From NCBI GenBank assembly GCA_902627055.1, contig CACOHS010000003.1, positions 65,490-129,489 on the forward strand: DNA of 64,000 bases. The letters are read 5' to 3'. Each line of letters begins with the position of its first letter. Within the stretch, counting starts at the first letter, position 1. Positions 39,329-49,389 of this stretch are shown piece after piece. This DNA is from an uncultured SAR86 cluster bacterium. Lineage in GTDB: Bacteria > Pseudomonadota > Gammaproteobacteria > Magnimaribacterales > D2472. Under the pieces are notes generated by a model that saw only the letters and a program-made list of their open reading frames with translations, did no database searches and had not been told where the DNA came from. Both the position numbers and the translations under genes were made by a program.

Positions 39329-40216
39329 TTAATTTTTTTTGGTCGAACTACTTACAAGCTCTTCAGATGATGCGATTTTAAATGGATCAAAATCCTCGCC
39401 GAATAATTTTTTTGGAGACACTGACTCAAATTTTCCTTCAGTATCTGTTGGATCAGTGAAAAATCCAAGAACATAGCCACCTTGTGAATACCCCATTAAG
39501 TCTCTTAATTCAGGAGACAGATCTTTTGCAATTGATGGAGGACATGACAGATATTGATTCTCTTCTTGTCTTAACCAATTAGGTGCATAGTGTAGAAAAA
39601 CACCTAATCTGTTTTCTGAGGTTTGATTTGCACCACCTCCATGAATAACAGAGCCAGTATAAATAAATACTGATCCTGCAGTCATTTCAGCATTTTCAAT
39701 TTCATCATCTGAAGGCATCCTATTTTTATCCCATTTATGCGATCCAGGCACAACCTGAGTGGCTCCATTTTCTTTTGTAAAATCTGTAATGGCCCAGATA
39801 GTAGCAAACTGCGTTTCAATTTTTCGAGGCACATAGCCACCCCACACGCCCCTATCTCTGTGAAGGATTTGAGCTGTTTCATTTGGACCTATCTGAATTG
39901 CTGATGTGAAATGGAGCTGATACCCATCACAGTGGGGCTCTAAAAATTTTTTTGATAACGCATTGATTTTAGGATCAAGGGCAAGTTCACGACATTTTGG
40001 AGATCTAGCCATAAGAGCACCAACTCTTTTTGTTTGAAATCCAGTAAATTCATTATCACCCTCGATATCATTTTTGAGGTAGGGCTGAAGTTCATATTTA
40101 ATTTCAGCCAGATCATTTTCAGACAAAACATTATCTATTACTACTGCCGCATCTCGATCAATAATTTCCAAGATACTGTCTAAATCTGTATCTGCACTTA
40201 CATGTTGAATACTCAT
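39329..40216 (-). CDS. Phytanoyl-CoA dioxygenase (PhyH) family Fe(II)/2-oxoglutarate oxygenase
   Basis: 295 aa. The LHRD H-x-D motif and a distal VIHGGG histidine fit the facial triad. Confidence 0.8.
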   Translation of the reverse strand: MSIQHVSADTDLDSILEIIDRDAAVVIDNVLSENDLAEIKYELQPYLKNDIEGDNEFTGFQTKRVGALMARSPKCRELALDPKINALSKKFLEPHCDGYQLHFTSAIQIGPNETAQILHRDRGVWGGYVPRKIETQFATIWAITDFTKENGATQVVPGSHKWDKNRMPSDDEIENAEMTAGSVFIYTGSVIHGGGANQTSENRLGVFLHYAPNWLRQEENQYLSCPPSIAKDLSPELRDLMGYSQGGYVLGFFTDPTDTEGKFESVSPKKLFGEDFDPFKIASSEELVSSSTKKN

Positions 40217-40260
40217 AACTTAAGTTTAGGATAATTTTAAAATTCTGTGAAATGTTTTAA

Positions 40261-41433
40261 TCAATCAGCTTGAATAATTGAATTATATATTCCTGGATCT
40301 GTTGCTCCCTCAGTTCCAAATAATAAGATAACGCTCTCTGAGCTAATACCTATTTTTTTTGCAATTTCATTATTTTCTGTAATTTCTACTAGTGCTGCAA
40401 GACCAGCAACAGATGATTCGCCTGCCTCAATTGGAGGATTGTGATTAGAAAGTAGTCGCATCATAGTGGGTATTGATTGATCAGAAATAGTAACAAAGTC
40501 ATCAGCTCCTTTTTCTAAAATCTTCCATCCCAGTAGAGATGGCTCACCACAGGATAAACCAGCCATCATTGTCTCTTTCTGAATATTAATTGAAACCATT
40601 TCACTTTTTTTGGCGCTTTGAATTAAACATGGCGCATGTTCTGACTCAACAATAACAAACCTGATATTATTTTCATGATATTTTTCCCAAAAATACGAGC
40701 ATATTGCAGCAGGAAAAGAGCCTACGCCTCCTTGGAGAATAATATGGGTAGGCATCTCTTTATTTTCTAATTGATTCGAAATTTCTTCAGACATGATGTT
40801 ATATCCTGCCATGATCTCTTTAGGGTATTTCGTATATCCAGGATATGAAGTATCGGAAATAATGTGCCAATTATTTAAATTAGATTCAGATTTACATATA
40901 TTTACAGACTCATCATAGTTTCCATTTACCCTAATGACATTTGCATTAAGTCTTTCCATAGCCTCTTGTCGTCCTTTACTTACCTCAGAATGGACATATA
41001 TCTGACATTTACATCCAAACAAATTTGCCCCAAATGCAACTGAACGACCATGATTACCGTCAGTTGCAGTTGCGACTGTATATTTTGAAATTATTTTCCT
41101 ATATTTCCCATTTCTAATATCTTCCAGCGATACCTTACTACCAATTTCTTCTTTCAACATATCATGTAAAAATTTTAAAACCCCATATGTGCCTCCCAAT
41201 GCTTTAAAACTTCCCAAGCCAAATCTAGAACTTTCATCTTTGTAATAAATTTTCTTTACATTTATTTTTGAAGCTATCTCTTCCAATGAAAGCAGGGGAG
41301 TAACTTCATAACCTTTCCAAGAGATGATTTCATCAAATGCCTCTCGAGTATTTTTTAGATTTAATACTGAACGAAGTTCTTCAGTATATGGTTTGTAAGT
41401 TTTATTTTGATTATGAAAATGATCTATAAGCAT
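40261..41433 (-). CDS. Diaminopropionate ammonia-lyase-like PLP enzyme
   Basis: 390 aa. ESSRFGLGSFKALGGTYGV closely resembles the DpaL/YgeX lysine motif. Also has TATDGNHGRSVA. Confidence 0.75.
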   Translation of the reverse strand: MLIDHFHNQNKTYKPYTEELRSVLNLKNTREAFDEIISWKGYEVTPLLSLEEIASKINVKKIYYKDESSRFGLGSFKALGGTYGVLKFLHDMLKEEIGSKVSLEDIRNGKYRKIISKYTVATATDGNHGRSVAFGANLFGCKCQIYVHSEVSKGRQEAMERLNANVIRVNGNYDESVNICKSESNLNNWHIISDTSYPGYTKYPKEIMAGYNIMSEEISNQLENKEMPTHIILQGGVGSFPAAICSYFWEKYHENNIRFVIVESEHAPCLIQSAKKSEMVSINIQKETMMAGLSCGEPSLLGWKILEKGADDFVTISDQSIPTMMRLLSNHNPPIEAGESSVAGLAALVEITENNEIAKKIGISSESVILLFGTEGATDPGIYNSIIQAD

Positions 41434-41546
41434 TCACTTATTCTATCTGAACTTATTTTTTTAATTCATTATTTAAGTGATAATTTATATTCTGACTAGC
41501 TATTCTCCACCAAGCGCAGTTCAGTTATAATTCTTCCTCTCATATT

Positions 41547-41622
41547 GCCCAGATAGCTCAGTCGGTAGAGCAAAGGACTGAAAATCCTTGTGTCGGTGGT
41601 TCGATTCCACCTCTGGGCACCA
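41547..41622 (+). tRNA. tRNA-Phe (anticodon GAA), CCA encoded
   Basis: GCCCAGATAGCTCAGTCGGTAGAGCAAAGGACTGAAAATCCTTGTGTCGGTGGTTCGATTCCACCTCTGGGCACCA folds as a cloverleaf with anticodon loop CTGAAAA. A TATAAT lies at 41526-41531, 15 nt upstream. Confidence 0.95.
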
Positions 41623-41645
41623 ATTGATTATTCGTAATTCCATTT

Positions 41646-42248
41646 CTAGAAATCCAAGTATTTATAATCTTTTTTATACAAATCTTTAATTAATTTAGTA
41701 GTTTCCTCTGATATAGAGATATCTCTTTTTTTTGAGGCATTCCTATGAGAAAGAGCAGATACATTTTCTAGATAATTATAAAAATTTTGCTTTGACGATC
41801 CCAAGCTTTTGAAGGGAACAATATCATCAACTAATAGGTTATTATTTTCATCAAATAAATAATCTGTCTGATCTTTAAAAAAATAATTATTTTCTTTATG
41901 TCCGGATAATACTATTGAACTTACCCAATCATCAAAATTCTCGCTTGGATCAAGGTAATTCCATGAAGAAACAAGTTTTTGAACGGGATCCCTCACAATT
42001 GAAAATTTATAAAAACTATTAAATATCTCTATTGGTAAAAATTTAAAGTCCAATATTTCTTTAGCAGTAAGGTGAGCCATTCGACCAGGGATATTTTTAG
42101 TCCAACTTGTAGGTTTTTCAAAACATCCAAACAAATATCTATGATCATCCCAGTTCAGCTGAAGATCGTTCAGAAATGTTTCCTCAACGGATTGTCCCGC
42201 ACACTTTGGGATATGAATAAATATTACTTTATGTACCAACGAAATCAT
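41646..42248 (-). CDS. Sulfotransferase family protein
   Basis: 200 aa. IHIPKCAGQS resembles the HIPKTGGTS 5'-PSB loop, and VRDPVQKLVSSW resembles the 3'-PB motif. Confidence 0.65.
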   Translation of the reverse strand: MISLVHKVIFIHIPKCAGQSVEETFLNDLQLNWDDHRYLFGCFEKPTSWTKNIPGRMAHLTAKEILDFKFLPIEIFNSFYKFSIVRDPVQKLVSSWNYLDPSENFDDWVSSIVLSGHKENNYFFKDQTDYLFDENNNLLVDDIVPFKSLGSSKQNFYNYLENVSALSHRNASKKRDISISEETTKLIKDLYKKDYKYLDF

Positions 42249-42332
42249 GAGGATTCTTTCTTATACTATCTCATAAAAATAGTCATTGCTTATTATCTAT
42301 TTATTATGAATTAGAATTAAAATATTAATAAT

Positions 42333-44684
42333 TTGATTAGTTTAAAACAAATCTTACCGTGGCTCCTTCTAGCTCTTTTTTTAGGATGCAGCTATGGCGA
42401 AAAAAAATGGTATCCATTCCCAAATTCATTTTTTGGCAAATTATATACAGCTGGACCTATAGCCTTAACCAGCAATTTAAATTATGAAACCAACTGGCAA
42501 AATATAAGTGAGCTAAATACAAGTCTAGCCAGGACATCATATTTAATGCAGCTAGGAGTGCCGAAAATAAATATTGCTTGGTTTTTAAATGATGGTGCTT
42601 GGCCAGATGAACCAAATTTTCAATTTCAAAAATTAAATTCAAATTATAAAGAATCTGAAATTAGTAAATTAATTAATTTAAATGGTTATACCTATGATCG
42701 GATAAGCAAGAAAAATCTCTTGTCATCAAAAATTTTTGAAAATCAATTAAACATAGGAAATGCTTCTTATCAAATTTTGCTTATGGCAAATTTAGAACAT
42801 ACATCTCCAAGGATTTTAAAGAAAATTCTCGCTCATATAAATGCAGGATTAAAAGTAATTTTTATAGGTGATTTTCCGCAACGTGCAACTGGATTGTCTA
42901 ATTTTGAGGAAAGAGATAAAGAAGTGATTAATATCATGGAAAAGATTTCAAAGACTGCATACCAAATCAATGAATTAAATAATCTGACAAATATTTTAAA
43001 GGATCTAAATATTGTTCCAGAAATAGATTTGTTAGATGAAGATAAATATTACTTTAGATCAGCTACAAGGTCATGTGGCCAACAAAGAATTATTTATTTT
43101 TTTAACGACTCTTATCTATCGAGTGAGAAAAATTTTCGATTAGATAATTCTTTTAAAGTTGTAAAGATTCTAGATCCCAATGAAGGAACCATCAAGGAAT
43201 TTTCCAATCAAAATTTTGATCACAAAATAACCGTATCCCTCGAGGGAGGCAAATCAAAAATCTTAATTCTTAATAAAAGAAAAAATTTTAATAATGTGGA
43301 TTGTTTTCAAGTAAATGAGTGGATCAATCCAGATGAAAGGTACTTTCCAATTTTGAGATGGTGGTGGCCAGGAAATGCTGTAGAAAAAGCGCAAATTCAA
43401 ACGGAACTTAAAAAATTTAAACAGGCGAAGTTTTCTTCAATAGAGCTACAAACACTAACTATTGGAATGCCAAAAAAATATTTAATGCAAAATGAAAATG
43501 AAATCTTTCAAGTGGGAGAAAAGCCTTTCTTTGACAATCTAAAATATCTATTTACAGAAGCAAGCGACTTAAAACTTAATGTAGATCTAACTCTTGGTAG
43601 CGGTTGGTCGAGTGGAGGACCATTCATCAAAGATTTTCCCGCGCAGCAACTTATAAAATCTGAAATAGAAATCATTGGCCCTTCAAATGAGTTTATTAAA
43701 CCACCAAGAATTATAGAGCCTTCTTACATAAATAAAACTAATCTCATTGTGAATAAAACTATTGGAAAGTTTGATCAGGACGCCCGTTTAATGAAAGTTA
43801 TTTTGGCAAAAATTAAGGAATCAACAAAAAAAGAAACTTTAAGTGAATTTAAAGATGTCAGTAATTTATACCATGGTGCGGGACTCAAATTAAATATCCC
43901 AAAAGGAAAATATAAATTATTTTTTATATATCAGAATAATGTATCTCATAATACTTTGGGCTCTGCTTTCAAAGGATCCTGGGATGAATCTTTAGTATTG
44001 GATCATTTAAATAAAGGCGGCATTGAGGAATATATCGAAAAGCTTGGAAATCATTGGATAGAACAAATAAAACCCTATAAGCCTAGAAACTTTTTTATTG
44101 ATAGTTTTGAGCTAATTGGTGATCTGCCTTGGTCAGAAAAGTTTTTTAAAACCTTTGAGGAGATGCATGGCTATAGTATTGCTCCATACCTTCCTTTAAT
44201 TTTTAAAAAGTATGGAGAATCGAAATACTTATATGCAATATTTGGTGAAGAATTTATATACAAGTCAGAACATATGCTAAGCGAAAGAGTATATGAGGAC
44301 TATCTCAATACAAGAGAGCAACTTTTTATGAGTGAGTTTCTATTACCAATCAAAAACTGGATGCGCTCTTTAAATATTAAATTAAGGCTTCAAGCGCATG
44401 GTGGATACGGAAATTATCTAGATGCATATGCTATTGCAGATATTCCTGAAAGTGAGGGTCTTTATGCTGGGGGAAGTTTTGATTTTTTAAAATTGGCCTC
44501 TTCAGCCGGTAATATTGCTAATAGAAAAATTGTAAGTTCCGAGTCATTTATAAAAATAGACTTTAATTACAATAGGTTAAAAATTGATGATTATGAAAGA
44601 TTGGCTGGCAATGCATTTGCGGCAGGAATAAATCAGATAGTTTTTCACGGATATCCTTATGAGTTTAGCTTCCTAGAAAATTAA
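42333..44684 (+). CDS. Large lipoprotein, glycoside-hydrolase-like (possibly rhamnosidase/GH106-like); function uncertain
   Basis: 783 aa. Lipobox LFLGCS and an ILRWWWPGN motif followed by SIELQT, remembered from glycosidase-like families. TTG start. Confidence 0.5.
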   Translation: MISLKQILPWLLLALFLGCSYGEKKWYPFPNSFFGKLYTAGPIALTSNLNYETNWQNISELNTSLARTSYLMQLGVPKINIAWFLNDGAWPDEPNFQFQKLNSNYKESEISKLINLNGYTYDRISKKNLLSSKIFENQLNIGNASYQILLMANLEHTSPRILKKILAHINAGLKVIFIGDFPQRATGLSNFEERDKEVINIMEKISKTAYQINELNNLTNILKDLNIVPEIDLLDEDKYYFRSATRSCGQQRIIYFFNDSYLSSEKNFRLDNSFKVVKILDPNEGTIKEFSNQNFDHKITVSLEGGKSKILILNKRKNFNNVDCFQVNEWINPDERYFPILRWWWPGNAVEKAQIQTELKKFKQAKFSSIELQTLTIGMPKKYLMQNENEIFQVGEKPFFDNLKYLFTEASDLKLNVDLTLGSGWSSGGPFIKDFPAQQLIKSEIEIIGPSNEFIKPPRIIEPSYINKTNLIVNKTIGKFDQDARLMKVILAKIKESTKKETLSEFKDVSNLYHGAGLKLNIPKGKYKLFFIYQNNVSHNTLGSAFKGSWDESLVLDHLNKGGIEEYIEKLGNHWIEQIKPYKPRNFFIDSFELIGDLPWSEKFFKTFEEMHGYSIAPYLPLIFKKYGESKYLYAIFGEEFIYKSEHMLSERVYEDYLNTREQLFMSEFLLPIKNWMRSLNIKLRLQAHGGYGNYLDAYAIADIPESEGLYAGGSFDFLKLASSAGNIANRKIVSSESFIKIDFNYNRLKIDDYERLAGNAFAAGINQIVFHGYPYEFSFLEN

Positions 44685-44754
44685 TCTTTCTTATTTCACT
44701 TCAATTTTTAATCCTTACTATTATTTTTGAAAATAAAAAGTTAAATTAAGAGTC

Positions 44755-46662
44755 ATGAAAAATAATAATTTACATGATCTTGTCATAAGAAATGGAAGGA
44801 TCATTAATGGATCTGGGGAACAAGCCTTCATTGGTGATATTGCGATCGACGATGAAAAAATAACTCAAGTAGGCAAGGTCGATAAAGCAGGCATAAGAGA
44901 AATCGATGCTGAGGAAAACTTGGTCACACCTGGTTGGGTAGATATACACACTCATTATGATGGACAAGTTTGCTGGGATCCTTACCTTACTCCGTCAAGC
45001 TGGCATGGTGTTACAACGGTCGTTATGGGAAATTGTGGAGTTGGCTTTGCACCAGTAAGACCGGGTGACGAGAATTTTTTGATTCAATTAATGGAGGGCG
45101 TTGAAGACATTCCTGGTTCAGCATTGCATGAAGGTATTGAATGGGAATGGGAGACCTTTCCTGAATTTTTAGATGCAATTGAAAAAAAAGAATTTGTCAT
45201 GGATCTTGGATTTATGATTGGGCATGGCCCACTTAGAAGCTACGTAATGGGATATGAAAGATGCCAAAATCAAGTAGATGCTTCTGAAGAAGAAATAGCA
45301 AAAATGTCTGAAATAGTGACTGAAGCAATTGATGCTGGAGCACTTGGATTTAGTACCTCAAGAACGATTTTACATAGAGATATATATGGCAAATATGTTC
45401 CGGGAACTGAGGCAAGTTCTGAGGAAATGAGAGCATTAGCATTTGGTGTAGATAAAGCTGGTGAGGGTACCCTTGAAATAACTTCAGATTGGCTTGATGA
45501 AGAAATAGAGCTGTCTTGGATGAAAGAGTATGTCAAAAAAAGTGATTGCGGACTAACTTTTCTGCAAACAAGCGGAGATGCAGTCAAGACAATTTTATTT
45601 TCTGAGGAGCAATTTTTAAAGGGTAAGAATATTCGTCCGCAATTTCCTGGCAGGAATGTTGGACTAATGTTTGGTTTAGAGAGTTCTTTGCATCCATTTA
45701 TTCAATATCCAGCATACAAAGAAATTGCTCATTTACCACTTGATCAAAAATTTGAGATTATGAATGATCCAAGTTTTAAAGAAAAAATACTTAATCAGCA
45801 ACCAGACTTTGAATCTGAGATTAAAGCTAGGCTTGCTGAAAATTTTAATAACAAAACAGAGGCAGAGATTGCTGCTGATGTAGCTCTTCCAACAAAGCTT
45901 ACTTCTAATTATGAAACCCAATTTATTTTAGGAACACCTCCAAACTATGAGCCGAAGAAAGAGGATAGTATTGCGGCATTAGCAAAAGTGAGAGGTATCT
46001 CAGAACTTGAGGTCATGTATGACGAAATGATGAGGAACAAAGGGACGAATTTGATTTATGCAGCCTTTACTCCCTATGAAAATTACAAGCTTGATTTTGT
46101 TGAGCAAGCATATAGATTGAAATCGTCTGTGGCAGGGGGTAGTGATGGTGGCGCTCATTGCGGTCTGATATGTGATGCAAGTATGCCAACAACTAATCTT
46201 TCGCATTGGGGCAGAGATCGAGAAGCTGGTAAGAAATTTCCATTGGAGATGTTGATAAGAAAACAAACGAAAGATACCGCAGAAACCTTTGGTTTATTTG
46301 ATCGCGGAGAAATTAAGCCTGGAATGCTAGCAGATATTAATATTATTAATTTTGAAAAATTAAATGTTAGCCATCCAAAAATGATTCATGATCTGCCGTT
46401 GGGCGGAAGGCGATTAGTGCAAGATGCTACTGGTTATGTTGCAACGATTAAAAGCGGAGTAATTATTAGTGAGAACGGAGTAGCGACAGGAGAATTTCCG
46501 GGAAATTTGATTAGAGGCAAGCAAGTTTGCGAAGTAAAATCTGGAATGGATAAAGTCCCTCTGTTTGATAGAACCATAAGATTATTTATGATCAAAGTAG
46601 CAAAATTTTTGTGGGGTCTTAGTAAAAAATCAGTTAAAACAACAATTGTGTCTGAGGCATAA
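44755..46662 (+). CDS. N-acyl-D-amino-acid deacylase (D-aminoacylase) family amidohydrolase
   Basis: DLVIRNGRIINGSG...VTPGWVDIHTHYD N-terminus typical of the family. 635 aa. Confidence 0.8.
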   Translation: MKNNNLHDLVIRNGRIINGSGEQAFIGDIAIDDEKITQVGKVDKAGIREIDAEENLVTPGWVDIHTHYDGQVCWDPYLTPSSWHGVTTVVMGNCGVGFAPVRPGDENFLIQLMEGVEDIPGSALHEGIEWEWETFPEFLDAIEKKEFVMDLGFMIGHGPLRSYVMGYERCQNQVDASEEEIAKMSEIVTEAIDAGALGFSTSRTILHRDIYGKYVPGTEASSEEMRALAFGVDKAGEGTLEITSDWLDEEIELSWMKEYVKKSDCGLTFLQTSGDAVKTILFSEEQFLKGKNIRPQFPGRNVGLMFGLESSLHPFIQYPAYKEIAHLPLDQKFEIMNDPSFKEKILNQQPDFESEIKARLAENFNNKTEAEIAADVALPTKLTSNYETQFILGTPPNYEPKKEDSIAALAKVRGISELEVMYDEMMRNKGTNLIYAAFTPYENYKLDFVEQAYRLKSSVAGGSDGGAHCGLICDASMPTTNLSHWGRDREAGKKFPLEMLIRKQTKDTAETFGLFDRGEIKPGMLADINIINFEKLNVSHPKMIHDLPLGGRRLVQDATGYVATIKSGVIISENGVATGEFPGNLIRGKQVCEVKSGMDKVPLFDRTIRLFMIKVAKFLWGLSKKSVKTTIVSEA

Positions 46663-46671
46663 GAAATTTCT

Positions 46672-47436
46672 ATGAAACCAGTTTGTCTAGTTTTGGGAGC
46701 TGGCGCAGGCATCGGAGGCACTGTTGCAAAAAAGTTTGCTAAAGAAGGCTTTCATTCATGTTTATGCAGAAGATCTGATAAAAAAGGCTTAGATCGACTT
46801 GTTTCTGACATAGAGCAGGATGGTGGATCAGCAACAGGCTATTTAATTAACGCAATAGAAGATAATGTCCTGGAAGAATTAATTTTGGAGATCGAAAAAG
46901 ACATAGGTCCCATAGAAGTGCTTGTCTATAATCTTGGTGCTCAAACAGGAATGAAGCTACTTAATGAAACATCTTTAAAAGAGTTTGAATGGGGCTGGAG
47001 AATGGCAGATCTTGGGCTGTTTAGGGTAGCAAAAGTTTTAATGCCAATTATGGAAGATAGAACTAGGGGGACATTCCTTGTAACCTCAGCAACAGCTGCA
47101 ATGCGAGGCAACAAAAATCAGCATTCACATGCTGCAGCTATGGGTGGAAGAAGGATGTTGTGCCAAACTTTAAATGCAGAATTTGCGTCCAAGGGAATTC
47201 ATGTAGCTCACATTATAGTTGATGGTATGGTTGATGCTCCTGATACCCTAGGAAAAATGCTCGGAGAGGAGCTATTCCAACAATTACGTGAGACAAAAGG
47301 AATGGAGCATGATGGGTTGATTTTACCTAAAAGCGTTGCAGATACTTACTACTATTTGTCTCAGCAACATAGATCTGCTTGGACGCATGAAATCGACATC
47401 AGAGCATTCTCAGATACGGCTTGGTGGAATTCTTAA
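46672..47436 (+). CDS. Short-chain dehydrogenase/reductase (SDR)
   Basis: VLGAGAGIGGTVA cofactor motif. 254 aa. Confidence 0.85.
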   Translation: MKPVCLVLGAGAGIGGTVAKKFAKEGFHSCLCRRSDKKGLDRLVSDIEQDGGSATGYLINAIEDNVLEELILEIEKDIGPIEVLVYNLGAQTGMKLLNETSLKEFEWGWRMADLGLFRVAKVLMPIMEDRTRGTFLVTSATAAMRGNKNQHSHAAAMGGRRMLCQTLNAEFASKGIHVAHIIVDGMVDAPDTLGKMLGEELFQQLRETKGMEHDGLILPKSVADTYYYLSQQHRSAWTHEIDIRAFSDTAWWNS

Positions 47437-47457
47437 TTTATTTTTTTAATATAAGTT

Positions 47458-47727
47458 TTAGTCTAAAGCTTTAAATCCAGATGCCTGCTCTACTTCTTCA
47501 TTATTAAAGTATTTCTCCATTTGCTCTAATAACCATTGACGGTCTTCATCCTTTGAGAGATCTAGATGTTTTTCATTAATAAGCGTGGTCTGATGTGATT
47601 TCCAGGCTTCCCATGCCTCTAATGATACAGTTTCCATTAACTCTATACCTTTTTTACCTGGCATTGGAGGTATGGTCATGGCAGGTAACTCTTTTTTAAG
47701 TTTCTTACAAAAAACTGTCTTACTCAT
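47458..47727 (-). CDS. yggX: Fe(2+)-trafficking / oxidative-damage protection protein YggX
   Basis: 89 aa. [18 protein letters not shown]-terminus. Located downstream of mutY, as in enterics and pseudomonads. Confidence 0.85.
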   Translation of the reverse strand: MSKTVFCKKLKKELPAMTIPPMPGKKGIELMETVSLEAWEAWKSHQTTLINEKHLDLSKDEDRQWLLEQMEKYFNNEEVEQASGFKALD

Positions 47728-48725
47728 AGTTCATTAATTACTTTGCTAATAGGTTTAGGAAGACCATATTCATTTATTCTATCCTTTTTTATCCATTTAT
47801 ATTTTTTATTTGTCTTTATTTCTGATTCATTTGTAGATATGTAGGTATTTAATTTTATGTTCAGCCTTCTGTGTGTAAGCTCATGCTGAATTTTTTGACT
47901 TGATTTGAGCTTAAAGCTATTTGTATAACTTTCTAATGATCTTGATTCAAAAGGAATCCAAAGATTTTTCCAGATAGAGCTTGCTTCATTTTTGACAAGC
48001 AATAATGAATCTTCAGTTTGAATTAAAGATAAATTCATTGGAATAACTTTTTTTAGTTGAGCAACATTCCTCTTTTTATTATTGATTATATTAAATGCAG
48101 ACATGCATTGATTTTGAACGGGACAATCTTTGCATGACGGATTTGTGGGAGTACAAACAGTAGCCCCTAAGTCCATGATACCCTGAGTATAAGCAAAGCA
48201 ATTTTCTTTATTAACAAATTGGCTGGATAGGTCCCATAATTGACTTTCCTTGAGCAAATCTATGTTCTTATTGACTAGTCTAGTTATTACTCTTTTAACA
48301 TTCCCATCTAATATAGGATGAGGATTTTGATAAGCTAAAGACATAATTGCTCCAGCGGTAGATTTACCAATTCCAGGAAGTTCTAGTAATTGATGAAATT
48401 CTTTTGGGAATCTATTGTTATATTTTTCTTTTATAATTTCTTTCGTTTTGAATATATTTCTAGCTCTTCTATAAAAGCCTAGCCCCGACCACAATGCCAA
48501 AATTTGATCTTCACTAGCCTCAGACAATTTTTTTTGAGTTGGATATTTTTTAATAAAATTTTTAAAGTATGGCGTGGCTGTTTTTACTTGAGTTTGTTGA
48601 AGCATAATCTCAGAGATCCAAATTCTATATGGGGTAATTTTTTGCCTCCATGGTAAATCATGCCTTCCATTATTCAGGTACCACTGAACGATTTTTTGTG
48701 AGATATGCTGTCTTAGATTATTCAA
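47724..48725 (-). CDS. mutY: A/G-specific adenine DNA glycosylase MutY
   Basis: HhH-GPD motif ([12 protein letters not shown]), a C-x6-C-x2-C-x5-C 4Fe-4S loop, and a Nudix-like C-domain. Confidence 0.9.
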   Translation of the reverse strand: MNNLRQHISQKIVQWYLNNGRHDLPWRQKITPYRIWISEIMLQQTQVKTATPYFKNFIKKYPTQKKLSEASEDQILALWSGLGFYRRARNIFKTKEIIKEKYNNRFPKEFHQLLELPGIGKSTAGAIMSLAYQNPHPILDGNVKRVITRLVNKNIDLLKESQLWDLSSQFVNKENCFAYTQGIMDLGATVCTPTNPSCKDCPVQNQCMSAFNIINNKKRNVAQLKKVIPMNLSLIQTEDSLLLVKNEASSIWKNLWIPFESRSLESYTNSFKLKSSQKIQHELTHRRLNIKLNTYISTNESEIKTNKKYKWIKKDRINEYGLPKPISKVINEL

Positions 48726-49344
48726 AAAGATTTTCTTTAAAAATGGGTTTTATATTTCCGTCAAAGGAATAAATTATTGGGGCACCAGTTGGAATTTCCA
48801 AAGCCACTACCTCTTCCTTTGACAAATTATCAAGTTGCATAACTAAAGATCTAAGCGAATTTCCATGTGCAGCCACTAAGATATTCTCACCTTGAATAAT
48901 TTTAGGCAGAATTGAGTTATTAAAATATGGCAAAACCCTTTCAGCTGTATCTTTTAAACTTTCGCCCCCAGGAGGCGGAACATCATATGATCTTCTCCAG
49001 ATATGAACTTGTTTTTCTCCCCATTCTTTTCGAGCATCATCCTTATTAAGGCCTGAAAGATCTCCATAATTTCTCTCATTTAAAGCTTGATTTTTTACAA
49101 CCTTAATATCAGTTTGTTTTATACCATCTAAGATTATTTGACCAGTAATTTGCGCTCTCTTTAAGTCTGAGGTGAACATCATTGAAAATTGAATATCTCT
49201 TTGTTTGATTAGCAAGCCTGCATTAATTGCTTCTTTTTTTCCATCACTTGTTAACCCTGGATCTTTCCATCCCGTGAATAAGTTTTTAGCATTCCATTCA
49301 CTTTGCCCATGACGAACTAGAACTAAAAAATTTTTATTTTTCAT
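48718..49344 (-). CDS. gpmA: 2,3-bisphosphoglycerate-dependent phosphoglycerate mutase (short form)
   Basis: [10 protein letters not shown] catalytic His motif and AAHGNSLR. Confidence 0.9.
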   Translation of the reverse strand: MKNKNFLVLVRHGQSEWNAKNLFTGWKDPGLTSDGKKEAINAGLLIKQRDIQFSMMFTSDLKRAQITGQIILDGIKQTDIKVVKNQALNERNYGDLSGLNKDDARKEWGEKQVHIWRRSYDVPPPGGESLKDTAERVLPYFNNSILPKIIQGENILVAAHGNSLRSLVMQLDNLSKEEVVALEIPTGAPIIYSFDGNIKPIFKENLFE

Positions 49345-49389
49345 AATATAAATCTCACCAATAAATATATTTTAAGCGATAATAAGCCA

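Noticed and set aside
41547-47457. Integrative genomic island at tRNA-Phe.
   Set aside because: There is no integrase or recombinase, no detectable direct repeat of the tRNA 3' end near 47437-47457, and no visible composition shift. It is kept only as an accessory-looking block in the findings.
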